Part shown: positions 45,483 through 54,526 of the stretch, piece after piece | Position numbering within the stretch: position 1 is the first letter of the stretch | Layout: each line of letters starts with the position of its first letter | IMG/VR virus record: IMGVR_UViG_3300034104_001590 | Coordinates: 129 to 64,128 of that record | DNA: 64,000 nt | Reading direction: 5' to 3' (one strand) | Source of the DNA: a virus | Taxonomy: Duplodnaviria > Caudoviricetes | Position numbers and translations under genes: made by a program | Notes under the pieces: model-generated | Databases searched by the model: none | Told to the model about the DNA's origin: nothing | What the model saw: the letters and a program-made list of their open reading frames with translations, nothing else

Positions 45483-45608
45483 ATGTATAAACTAATCTGG
45501 AAAGGCGAAGAAATTGACACCGCAGACACAATGAAAGAAGCTATCTCTCTACAAAGAGAATATCAGATGGCTTATGGTGGAATAGTAACTATTAAAAAGT
45601 CAAGATGA
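45483..45608 (+). CDS. Small hypothetical protein (41 aa)
   Basis: MYKLIWKGEEIDTADTMKEAISLQREYQMAYGG..., a recurrent small phage protein pattern. Confidence 0.55.
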   Translation: MYKLIWKGEEIDTADTMKEAISLQREYQMAYGGIVTIKKSR

Positions 45609-45639
45609 CAACAAGTCAAAAAATCATCACTATCATTTT

Positions 45640-45669
45640 GCCCGTAGCTATTGGAGTTACGGGTTTTTT
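45640..45669 (+). terminator. Intrinsic terminator upstream of the amidoligase gene
   Basis: GCCCGTAGCT/AGTTACGGGT stem plus T-run. Confidence 0.6.
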
Positions 45670-45698
45670 ATTAACCAATATACTAAAATAAACTAATT

Positions 45699-47219
45699 AT
45701 GAACACGATTGCAAAAGAACTAAGAGACTTACTGCCTCAATCATTCGTTATCAAGGCAGAACTTGACCATCCACAATGGAAAATGTATATTAACTTTATT
45801 AATTCCGTTGGAGGTAGCTACAACGGAGACTCAGCAGAACTATACTATGGTTTGAAATATGTGCCTGATCTATCAGCAACATACACAGTATCATACAATG
45901 AATGCGAATCATTTGATAGCACTATAATAACAATGAGCGAGCTATTAAAAATAGTGGGTATAGAAGAAATACTACCAGAAATGGTGACTACCTACGATGG
46001 CGAAGAACATCCAAAACATAAATGTGTTCAGATACACGAAGATAGCCCACGTCACGCAGAAGAATGGGCATTAATAGAAGAATGCACATACGCAAATATA
46101 AATGGTGGATACGCATTACACGATCACGTTATTCATGTTCGCGGTGGAGATGTAGTAATAGAAGGAACTGAAGATATAAATTGTATTGTATGGAGTGGAT
46201 TCGAAGAAGAATATTTAGATCAGGATAGTTCTGATGTATTATTCGGTTATGTAACGGATAGAAGAGGAACTACATACGAAGACTATTTCATTCGCATATA
46301 CGATACTTGTGAGATGGATGGGGATTATTATAGATGTAATGATTCACTCAGAAATCAAGGCTATATGTATTCAGAAAGACAAGATGAATGGGTGCATGAG
46401 AATTATTGGGATTCAGATATTCACGAGTATCAAGATGAAGATGACGAGGCTAACAATGCTGGATATCATTCGCTACCTAGACAAACTAGATTCGATTCAT
46501 CTGCAAAGTTCACTGTTGGATTCGAGATTGAGAAAGAAGATTCAGATATGGCAGACCTTGACTATGATAGACTATATAGAAACACAGGTTGGATAAAAGA
46601 AAAAGATGCCTCACTAGATGATAGCACTGGATACGAGCTTGTATCTCCTGCATTCAATCTATTCGATGACAAAATGGAAATCGAGATAGGCAAGAGTCAG
46701 GAGTTACGTGACCTTATCAATGCAGAACATTCATCTGATTGCGGTGGGCATATCAATCTAGGTTCAACAATATACACTACCGAACAACTATTCGAAGGTA
46801 TATCTGGATTCTTTCCATTGTTCTATTCAATGTATGAACATAGAATTGATAAGGACTATTCTAAAGCTAAGAAGAAACACGAATACTATAACAGAGACAA
46901 GTATTCATCTATCTATATCAAGCCAAATGTGGTAGAGATTAGAATTCCTTCAGCTGTTAGAAGCGTTAACAATCTACTATGGCGAAGAGACTTAATGAGA
47001 ATCATTGTCGACAACTTCAACAAGTCTGAAATGCAAGTGCTTAGAATGTTAGCTAATACAAAGTCTAAGCTACACATTCACCTTAGACAAGTATATTCTT
47101 TGGATCAAATGATTCAGAAGATAGAAAAGTTTATCAAGTATTCAGACCAATTCAATAACAAGAAATTACCTAATGTAAATACAGCTAAGCTAGTAGATAA
47201 GAAATCATTAGCAGCTTAA
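45699..47219 (+). CDS. Putative amidoligase (COOH-NH2 ligase) with acidic N-terminal extension
   Basis: VGFEIEKE, KDASL, GYELVSP, CGGHIN and VEIR motifs. Confidence 0.8.
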   Translation: MNTIAKELRDLLPQSFVIKAELDHPQWKMYINFINSVGGSYNGDSAELYYGLKYVPDLSATYTVSYNECESFDSTIITMSELLKIVGIEEILPEMVTTYDGEEHPKHKCVQIHEDSPRHAEEWALIEECTYANINGGYALHDHVIHVRGGDVVIEGTEDINCIVWSGFEEEYLDQDSSDVLFGYVTDRRGTTYEDYFIRIYDTCEMDGDYYRCNDSLRNQGYMYSERQDEWVHENYWDSDIHEYQDEDDEANNAGYHSLPRQTRFDSSAKFTVGFEIEKEDSDMADLDYDRLYRNTGWIKEKDASLDDSTGYELVSPAFNLFDDKMEIEIGKSQELRDLINAEHSSDCGGHINLGSTIYTTEQLFEGISGFFPLFYSMYEHRIDKDYSKAKKKHEYYNRDKYSSIYIKPNVVEIRIPSAVRSVNNLLWRRDLMRIIVDNFNKSEMQVLRMLANTKSKLHIHLRQVYSLDQMIQKIEKFIKYSDQFNNKKLPNVNTAKLVDKKSLAA

Positions 47220-47245
47220 TTATTAACTAAATAAAACTAAATAAA

Positions 47246-48121
47246 ATGTGTATAGCAATTCTTAATACAAAACAAACTACTCTTAAAAAACAATTACTTA
47301 AAAATTGTTGGGAGAACAATGGCGATGGTGCAGGTATGTTGTATATCGACAACGACAATCAACTTAAAGTATTCAAAGAAATGAAGAGCTTTAATACGTT
47401 CTATAACAACTACATAGACATCAAGCAAAAGTATGGTAAGCGTAACATTGTATTGCACTTCCGTATCTCTACTCACGGCAAGATTAACAAAACAAATTGT
47501 CACCCATTCCTTGTTGATGACAACTTAGGATTCGTTCATAATGGTATGATATACAATGCACCTACGAGCACTGAGTATTCAGATACATATATGTTCAATG
47601 AAACAATACTCAAGAAGTTCAAGCCTGGATTCGAATACGATGATGACATACTAGACTTATTAGCTGAGTATATCGGCAATGGTAGTAAGTTAGTATTCCT
47701 CAATTCAAATGATGAGTGGGCTATTGTTAATGAGGCAGCAGGACATTGGAATATGGGCTGTTGGTTTTCTAACTCTTCATACAAGCAAGTCAATGATTGG
47801 TATGACTTCGGAGGTATCAAGAAGCAAAAGTCTACTGCTAAGAAAACTACTCCTACATTCGATAGAACATTCCATTGGACAAGTAATGAGAACTATATCA
47901 GTGCTCACCAATCACAATACTGCACAGGCTGCGATATGATGCTTAGTGGCTTGAAAGAAATAGAAGATGGTATGTGTGCTTGGTGCAAGGAAGAAGAATC
48001 AATTAGAGAGCTAGAAGATATGACATTGGATTGTGAACTATGTGATGGCACTAATGGTAAATACAATCACTATTACAATGCTTTCACTTGCGAGGAATGC
48101 GATAAGTATCTAGGAGCATAA
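47246..48121 (+). CDS. Class II (Ntn) glutamine amidotransferase with C-terminal Zn-ribbon
   Basis: N-terminal MC, NGDGAG, HFRISTHG, HPF, HNG and SDT motifs; four CxxC pairs at the C-terminus. Confidence 0.88.
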   Translation: MCIAILNTKQTTLKKQLLKNCWENNGDGAGMLYIDNDNQLKVFKEMKSFNTFYNNYIDIKQKYGKRNIVLHFRISTHGKINKTNCHPFLVDDNLGFVHNGMIYNAPTSTEYSDTYMFNETILKKFKPGFEYDDDILDLLAEYIGNGSKLVFLNSNDEWAIVNEAAGHWNMGCWFSNSSYKQVNDWYDFGGIKKQKSTAKKTTPTFDRTFHWTSNENYISAHQSQYCTGCDMMLSGLKEIEDGMCAWCKEEESIRELEDMTLDCELCDGTNGKYNHYYNAFTCEECDKYLGA

Positions 48122-48149
48122 ATCACTATCCACAAATAAATAAATAATT

Positions 48150-48704
48150 ATGGCAAACAACTGTTGGAATTACGCAGTCTTATCGGGTGATAAGGCTGCA
48201 TTAGATGAGATTCAAGAACGATTCTCTAAGTATGATGACACAAATTACTTCACTGAGTTTGGAGATATTGTGCTTAAAAAAGAAATGAAAGAAGACTATT
48301 CATCATTAAGCTTCGATGAATACTACCAATACGGAACAAAGTGGTGGGATTTCAACATAGATGAAAGAACAGACAATACGTTAATCATATCAGGAGATAG
48401 TGCTTGGAGTCCACCTCTAGAATTACTACGTCAAATATCAGAAGTGTATAACGTAACAATAGAGGGCGAATACAATGAATGTGGAATGGGCTTCGGAGGA
48501 TTCTTTGTGTGTGAAGATGGTATCTTATCAGATAATGAAATGACTTACTTTGAATATCAATTAGAATCAGATAGAGAATGGGCTATCGATGAAGTTATCA
48601 ATAACTTACAAGATTGGGATGAAGAGTTTGATGAAGATGCTTACCCTCAGCTTACTCAACAAGAGAAAGAATATATTAAAGAACAATTAAAGAAAGAAGT
48701 ATGA
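48150..48704 (+). CDS. DUF1281/YubB ferredoxin-like fold protein
   Basis: MANNCWN start, YGTKW, SAWSPP and YNECGMGFGG motifs. Confidence 0.75.
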   Translation: MANNCWNYAVLSGDKAALDEIQERFSKYDDTNYFTEFGDIVLKKEMKEDYSSLSFDEYYQYGTKWWDFNIDERTDNTLIISGDSAWSPPLELLRQISEVYNVTIEGEYNECGMGFGGFFVCEDGILSDNEMTYFEYQLESDREWAIDEVINNLQDWDEEFDEDAYPQLTQQEKEYIKEQLKKEV

Positions 48705-48919
48705 AAACATATTATGTAGTTCAGTATAACGATTGCTACGGCAACGGAGATACTCAATTAGAGGTAATTGTAGAAAGCCACGAAGATTTTATTAAGTGGT
48801 TAGAAATTCATAACAAAGAAAGAGCAGACTTACAAGACATAGATGTTGATGATGATGACTTTTGTTATGAGGGTGAAGATGAATTCGATTTAATACCATT
48901 AACATTATATAAAGCATGA
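48701..48919 (+). CDS. Small very acidic protein
   Basis: D/E-rich 72 aa, ATGA-coupled. Confidence 0.55.
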   Translation: MKTYYVVQYNDCYGNGDTQLEVIVESHEDFIKWLEIHNKERADLQDIDVDDDDFCYEGEDEFDLIPLTLYKA

Positions 48920-49092
48920 AAGACTTATTTGAGACACCAGAACTAATACCTAATAATGTAATGAGTATCCTAGAAACATTCGAAGATAATACATACGATG
49001 AATGCGATAGAATACAAAATGAATTAGAGCATATAGGATATACATTCGACTACTACCTAGATGCTGAACCTTTTAATCTTAGAAAGTTATGA
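48916..49092 (+). CDS. Small hypothetical protein (58 aa)
   Basis: MKDLFETPELIP...GYTFDYYLDAEPFNLRKL; ATGA-coupled. Confidence 0.6.
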   Translation: MKDLFETPELIPNNVMSILETFEDNTYDECDRIQNELEHIGYTFDYYLDAEPFNLRKL

Positions 49093-49237
49093 CAAATGAA
49101 ATGAGATTAGATGCTATCGAATTAGCATTGAAAGTTAAAAGAATTGAATTAGATAGACACCTACTGCAAGCAGTAGTTCAAATCGTAGACTTAGTAAATG
49201 AAAAAGGATACAAATTAACTATTAAAGATTTAAAGCC

Positions 49238-49453
49238 ATGACAGAACAAGAAGCTAAAGAAGTATTACGCAAGGCAGGATACTTTGTGGATAATCTATGG
49301 CATATAGATGACGTAGACTTAGATGGGGCAAGCAATGAAGATAAAATGCAGATACTAGATGATGTATTTTCTAGTAGACATCTTATCTCAATGATATTCG
49401 AATCTATTGCAGATGCTAAAGACTATTATAAATTCAAAAAACAAAACAAATGA
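49238..49453 (+). CDS. Hypothetical protein
   Basis: AKEVLRKAGYFVDNLWHIDDV; coupled ORF. Confidence 0.55.
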   Translation: MTEQEAKEVLRKAGYFVDNLWHIDDVDLDGASNEDKMQILDDVFSSRHLISMIFESIADAKDYYKFKKQNK

Positions 49454-49920
49454 GACAACAATTAATTTATATCATTGAAACTTATTCAAATGATGATTTA
49501 ACAATTAATGATTGGGTTGAGATTGCTATGGAATCAGAAACACAATTAATATCTAGAGTTCACAAAATATTAGAATATTACTTTAACGAAAATCAAACAA
49601 TATGAAAACATACCACATTTGCTATCTAATCGGAAATGAATTATGCTCAGGGATAAATATCTTAGCAGAGAATTACATTCACGCAATCGTAGAGTTCCAG
49701 GATAGATTTAAAAATAAGAAAATCATTTATGTAACAGAACTATTAGGCGCATGATACGATACATACAATCAATATTATCATTGATACTAATATGGATAAC
49801 GTTGAACACAAACGTAAATGCATTCGTCAAGGTAATGATAACAATCGTATGCTTAACTTATGTAGTAACATTATTAATTTCATTATTAGTCAAAGGAAAA
49901 AACAATTAACTTAGTATAAA

Positions 49921-50316
49921 ATGACAGAAATGACAGTATTAGAATTATTACTCGACTATCTACCTTCAGATTATGTAGACTGTATTGTAAATAATTTAGA
50001 AGATAGAAAAGTATTAGAAGATGATGCATACTCAATAGAAGGAGAGATGATGTCGCTATTTGATTGGGCCGACTCAAAGGAAGGCTATGACTTCTGGAAT
50101 CAAGTATTCCATTACGTATTAGGTAACTCAGAACTTCCTCCACTACCAATTGTAATAGACTATAAACCATCTTCCGTTATCTATGCAGATGATGTTATCT
50201 ACGTTATGAATGTAGGCAGCACAAACATTAACATAAAGATGAATGTTGATCTTAAAGAACTGAATAAAGCCACTAATCAGAAATCAAAAGCTGAGGTTTA
50301 TTCCTGGTTAAATTAA
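49921..50316 (+). CDS. Hypothetical protein
   Basis: FDWADSKEGYDFW motif recurrent in Bacteroidota phages. Confidence 0.6.
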   Translation: MTEMTVLELLLDYLPSDYVDCIVNNLEDRKVLEDDAYSIEGEMMSLFDWADSKEGYDFWNQVFHYVLGNSELPPLPIVIDYKPSSVIYADDVIYVMNVGSTNINIKMNVDLKELNKATNQKSKAEVYSWLN

Positions 50317-50368
50317 ATCACTATCATCATTTTTTTTTACAAAAAACTTTTTTATTAAAAATCTTTTA

Positions 50369-50478
50369 TATATTTGCTGTGTCGAACCTCAACTTCGATT
50401 ACATTTAAAGTTGTTTATATACTCTTATCATATATATAAACTACCCTAGTCAAGTTGAGGAAGTGGCTAGGGTTTTTT
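50369..50478 (+). promoter_or_regulatory. Promoter (TATATTTG) plus leader with hairpin and terminator whose loops are complementary
   Basis: GTCGAA/TTCGAT hairpin with loop CCTCAAC; ACCCTAGTCA/TGGCTAGGGT stem plus T-run with loop containing GTTGAGG. Confidence 0.65.
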
Positions 50479-50746
50479 ATTCCCTTTAAAAACAACGGAA
50501 GTCGATACGTTAAAACGGAACTGAATCAAGGTGTGTTTATTTTATCTTAAATGATGTAGATGGGTTTTCTTAACTTGTTACCCGACATCAGCCTAAAACG
50601 AAATTGAGAACTCAACGGAAGTAAGTATGGTGATGAATAAGTTATCTTTCCTATACTTGAGGGGGAGGGGGAGATAACTTGTTTGTTATCACCTTAACTC
50701 TATATCGAATCTAACAAAAGTAAGTTATTAATTAATCATTGATTAT

Positions 50747-51082
50747 ATGAAACACAAGTTTAGTATTAAAGAACTAGAGCTATTAGTATTGTATGGTGGA
50801 CTTATATATCCAGAAGATAAGAATGATCCTGATTACACAAAGAAACTTCAGCAAGAACAAGATGAATATTTAAAATCAGTTGGAGCCACCGATGAAGATT
50901 TAGATTTCAATCCTTTAGTTCACGAAGAATTTTGGTTCTATGCATCTGACTTAGTTATACAACTAGCCGAAGAGTTATTAGAAGAAAGACAAAGAAAATA
51001 TGATTCTCTATTAGAACCAATAGAATACTTAGAAACAGAATTAAAAAATCTAAAAAGAAAAATAAAATCAAACTTTAAATAA
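50747..51082 (+). CDS. Hypothetical protein
   Basis: Intact ORF with C-terminal coiled coil. Confidence 0.55.
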   Translation: MKHKFSIKELELLVLYGGLIYPEDKNDPDYTKKLQQEQDEYLKSVGATDEDLDFNPLVHEEFWFYASDLVIQLAEELLEERQRKYDSLLEPIEYLETELKNLKRKIKSNFK

Positions 51083-51112
51083 ATAATAAATAACAAATCA
51101 AAATCAATTAAC

Positions 51113-51532
51113 ATGAAAAAAGTAATTTTAAGCGTAGCATCTTTTATGATGCTTTCAATTAGTTATTCACAAATCGTTGTTAAAGAAACAACAAAGGATA
51201 GCACAGTATGGTATAGCAAACTTACAGGCTTACCAAAGTTAACTCACTTTTATAGTAGTGAAAATAATTTTTATGCTTTATACTACAAAAATCTTGAGTA
51301 TCAATATATTACTGATATTGATTATATACATTTAGGATCTAAAGAAAGCACATTAGAGTTTTTTAATATCTTGAAGCAATCTTTAGTAGATAAGAAAGAG
51401 TTAACTTTTGATTTAGATGGAAAAACTTGGTTTTTAAAGACAGGATCCAATATGGCTATTATGTCTAGCTCAGGAACTAGTTTCTATCTTACCAATAAGA
51501 ATTTAGATAAAATACTTGAATCTCTTAAATAA
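51113..51532 (+). CDS. Putative exported protein with Sec signal peptide
   Basis: MKKVILSVASFMMLSISYS|Q: basic n-region, hydrophobic h-region, Gln at +1. Confidence 0.65.
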   Translation: MKKVILSVASFMMLSISYSQIVVKETTKDSTVWYSKLTGLPKLTHFYSSENNFYALYYKNLEYQYITDIDYIHLGSKESTLEFFNILKQSLVDKKELTFDLDGKTWFLKTGSNMAIMSSSGTSFYLTNKNLDKILESLK

Positions 51533-51537
51533 TAAAT

Positions 51538-51789
51538 ATGAAAATTAAATTTGAATTAGTAGACAATGATGGAGAACCATTAATGATTATGGATGGACAT
51601 AATTACAATCCAAATATAGGTGAGGATGTTATGTTTTGTGATGTAAAAAATAATATTCATATAGATGAATTATCCAAGGTTATAGAAAAATTTTACCGCA
51701 TTGATGAAGACACATTAACTATTGAGTGCGAGATTTATAATCAGCCAAATGATTATGGATTTTCACAATTTCAAAAGTATAACCAATAA
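51538..51789 (+). CDS. Hypothetical protein
   Basis: Intact ORF. Confidence 0.5.
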   Translation: MKIKFELVDNDGEPLMIMDGHNYNPNIGEDVMFCDVKNNIHIDELSKVIEKFYRIDEDTLTIECEIYNQPNDYGFSQFQKYNQ

Positions 51790-51958
51790 ATAAGAATAGA
51801 ATGAAAAACTACGAGAGAATGATGCTTATGTTCGCTGGCATAGGATTATGGGAATTAATAAAATACTTAATCGAAACCTATGTATGAAATAATAATAACA
51901 CTTACTATATCAACAATAGTAGCATTAATAATAATCTATAAAATGGACAAAGAATAAT

Positions 51959-52147
51959 ATGGGAATCAGTAGAAAACAAAGAGAAGAATTATTCGAACAA
52001 GAATCATTCAATCCAGTTACAGATATGGATGAGATTAGAAGCATAGTGAACTACCTAGTTCCTACTCAAAAAAAATCGCCAATCTCAGATAGACTAATTG
52101 AAAAAGTAAATAAATATTTTGAAGAAGAAGAAAAAAATAAAAAATAA
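51959..52147 (+). CDS. Hypothetical protein
   Basis: Intact ORF. Confidence 0.5.
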   Translation: MGISRKQREELFEQESFNPVTDMDEIRSIVNYLVPTQKKSPISDRLIEKVNKYFEEEEKNKK

Positions 52148-52181
52148 TTTGTTATTTGTATTAATAAAATACATATATTTG
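52148..52181 (+). promoter_or_regulatory. Promoter of the replication operon (TTTG...TATATTTG)
   Basis: -7 element at 52174-52181 with TTTG motifs upstream. Confidence 0.65.
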
Positions 52182-52199
52182 TAATGAGATACTTTAATT

Positions 52200-52469
52200 A
52201 TGAACAATCAAAAAGGAATTATCGATTTAATGGAGGCTAAAAGATATAGGCCTAAGCATATAGCTGATGAATTAATCAAGCACAACGTTCCAGGTAAATG
52301 GAATATATATCAAAACATTTACAACCTTATCAATGGTAAGGTAATACCCAAAGATGCATATATATACATCTTATTTGCTGATCTACTTGATGTAGATTTA
52401 AGAACAATTCTTTACAGATACTCTGAGACTAGGACTACAAGTCTTATGAAAGAGGATCTTGAATGGTAA
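52200..52469 (+). CDS. Putative HTH (Cro/XRE-like) regulator
   Basis: PKHIADEL...YQNIYNLINGKVIP...FADLLDVDLRTIL resembles an XRE fold; first gene of the operon. Confidence 0.5.
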   Translation: MNNQKGIIDLMEAKRYRPKHIADELIKHNVPGKWNIYQNIYNLINGKVIPKDAYIYILFADLLDVDLRTILYRYSETRTTSLMKEDLEW

Positions 52470-52491
52470 GTAACCAATTAAATTTTAATAT

Positions 52492-52731
52492 ATGTCAGAA
52501 GAAAAAAATCTGTTTTCAATAACAGATACTGGAGAAGGTATCCAAATTAGATGCGAGGCCGAACCATTTGAATTAATTAGAGCATTCTCATCTTTATACA
52601 GGTCATCTTATGTGTTTAGAGGTGTTATAAAAACATCTATAGAGATTGCTGAAGAAGAAGGAGAAACTGGCCTTGAAGAAGTTAAACACAGTGAGTATGT
52701 AATGCCAATTAAAACTAAAGGAAATGCGTAA
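52492..52731 (+). CDS. Hypothetical protein
   Basis: Intact ORF. Confidence 0.5.
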   Translation: MSEEKNLFSITDTGEGIQIRCEAEPFELIRAFSSLYRSSYVFRGVIKTSIEIAEEEGETGLEEVKHSEYVMPIKTKGNA

Positions 52732-52803
52732 AGAAACAATTAACAAAATAGTAGAAGCACTAGGCTTCATAACAGGATTTATTTCAATTTTATATTTATC
52801 ATT

Positions 52804-53865
52804 ATGAATTTTTCAGAATTATCAAGACCACTAGATATTAGCGACATAGACTTCAGAGTTCAGTCAATTAATAATGGTGGCTATGCTACAATACTAGCAT
52901 ATAAGTCAGCCCGAGTAGATATGGCAAGATTAGATGCAGCAGTTGGCCCACTTCATTGGCAACGTAAGCACGAACTAATTAGTGGTAATCTTTATTGTCA
53001 CGTAGGAATATTCAATCCAGTAATCGCAGAATGGGTATGGAAATCAGATGTAGGTACTGAGTCAATGACTGAGGCTACCAAAGGTCAATCTTCTGATTCA
53101 TTCAAGCGTGCTTGTTTCAATTGGGGTATAGGTCGTGAGCTTTATGACTATCCTTTCATATCTGTTAAGCTTAACGAGAATGAATGGGATAATAAGTCTG
53201 GTAAACCTAGACAAACATACAATCTGAAGATTAAGGATTGGAGATGGTATTCAGAGTTCACTGATGGTAGACTATCTTTCTTAGCCGCTAAAGATGAGAA
53301 TGGTAAGCTTCGATTCAAGTGGGGAGAAATGAAGCCTAAAGAAGTTGAGCCTGAGTATAAGCAAGCAGCGAATGTTCAAGAAGTTGAACCAACTACAGAA
53401 CCAATTGTAGAAACACCAATCAAAGAAGAAGGAGACGTTAAAGGTTTCTTAAAGAAAGAAGCTACGCCTTTAGATGAGATAGATGGTTCTAATGAAGAAA
53501 GAGAAAGAGCTGTTAATGAATACAAAGCTGTGTTTGGTAAGGCTCCTCACGGTAGAATGTCGACTGACAACATCTTGAACTCAGTACAAGAAGAGTTAAT
53601 GAAATTAAATAAGGAAGAAGAAACTGAAGAAGAAGTTGCTGATGTTCCAGAGATAGACTTAACTACCGAAGTAGAAGAAGAACAATTAGCATCTATCAAG
53701 GATATGTATTCTTCAATCGAGATGTTTAAGGATCCAAAAGATTTTGTTCCTTGGGCCAAAGATATTGTAGCTGCATTCCAAGAAACAGAATCAGCAGAGA
53801 ACATCAAAGAGTTCCAGGAATTATGTAACGCACATTACGCACGAATTAAATCTAATAACAAATGA
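52804..53865 (+). CDS. Sak/Rad52-like single-strand annealing protein
   Basis: IDFRVQ, LAYKSAR, KSDVG, KGQSSDSFKRACFNWGIGRELY. Confidence 0.85.
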   Translation: MNFSELSRPLDISDIDFRVQSINNGGYATILAYKSARVDMARLDAAVGPLHWQRKHELISGNLYCHVGIFNPVIAEWVWKSDVGTESMTEATKGQSSDSFKRACFNWGIGRELYDYPFISVKLNENEWDNKSGKPRQTYNLKIKDWRWYSEFTDGRLSFLAAKDENGKLRFKWGEMKPKEVEPEYKQAANVQEVEPTTEPIVETPIKEEGDVKGFLKKEATPLDEIDGSNEERERAVNEYKAVFGKAPHGRMSTDNILNSVQEELMKLNKEEETEEEVADVPEIDLTTEVEEEQLASIKDMYSSIEMFKDPKDFVPWAKDIVAAFQETESAENIKEFQELCNAHYARIKSNNK

Positions 53866-54341
53866 TAGATATATTCAAAGAAGAAACGAATGGAATGGTA
53901 TTATCCTTAGATAATTTGTCTAAGGAATACCTCCAATCGGTAGCTAGCGACATAGCTAAGTCAGTATATGATGGTAATGAATATGCATTGCCTACATACA
54001 TAAAAGCTAAAGGCTTGGAGGAAATTGCTAAGTCAATTCAAGAATCAATCAAAGAAGCAGCTATTGATGAAGCTCAAGACTATCGTAAAGATGAGAAAGT
54101 ATTAGGATGTGAGTTTATAATTAAGTCTACTCCAACAACGTATGACTTCTCAAACAATGATGAATGGGTTAATCTTAATAATGAAATCAATAGGCTCAAA
54201 GCATTACAGAAAGATATTGAAAAGCAAATGATACTAGCTACCACTGTATCTCAACTAGTTACTAACGATGGAGTTGTTATTCAACCTGCTCAGATAAAGA
54301 AGCCAGGTGGAGAAACAATCCAGATAAACATTCCGAAATAA
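53862..54341 (+). CDS. Conserved hypothetical protein adjacent to Sak
   Basis: Coupled ORF, TTYDFS motif and coiled coil. Confidence 0.55.
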   Translation: MIDIFKEETNGMVLSLDNLSKEYLQSVASDIAKSVYDGNEYALPTYIKAKGLEEIAKSIQESIKEAAIDEAQDYRKDEKVLGCEFIIKSTPTTYDFSNNDEWVNLNNEINRLKALQKDIEKQMILATTVSQLVTNDGVVIQPAQIKKPGGETIQINIPK

Positions 54342-54526
54342 TGTCAGACGAAAAGAAATTTGCAATTGAATTAGTAGATAAGTTCTACATAGGCCTTGAG
54401 ATTAAAGACTACAAGAAAGCTAGAAGCTGTGCTATCTTTACGGCACATCAACGCATACAAGAAACTATGGATGTTGAGCGTATTAAATTCTTGAAGCAAG
54501 TCATAAATGAAATTGAGAAGCTATGA
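54341..54526 (+). CDS. Hypothetical protein
   Basis: ELVDKF...VINEIEKL pattern; coupled. Confidence 0.55.
   Translation: MSDEKKFAIELVDKFYIGLEIKDYKKARSCAIFTAHQRIQETMDVERIKFLKQVINEIEKL

Noticed and set aside
48119-48130. TAAATCACTATC repeated at 50315
   Set aside because: Two copies of an AT-rich 12-mer with no symmetry or consistent promoter relationship.
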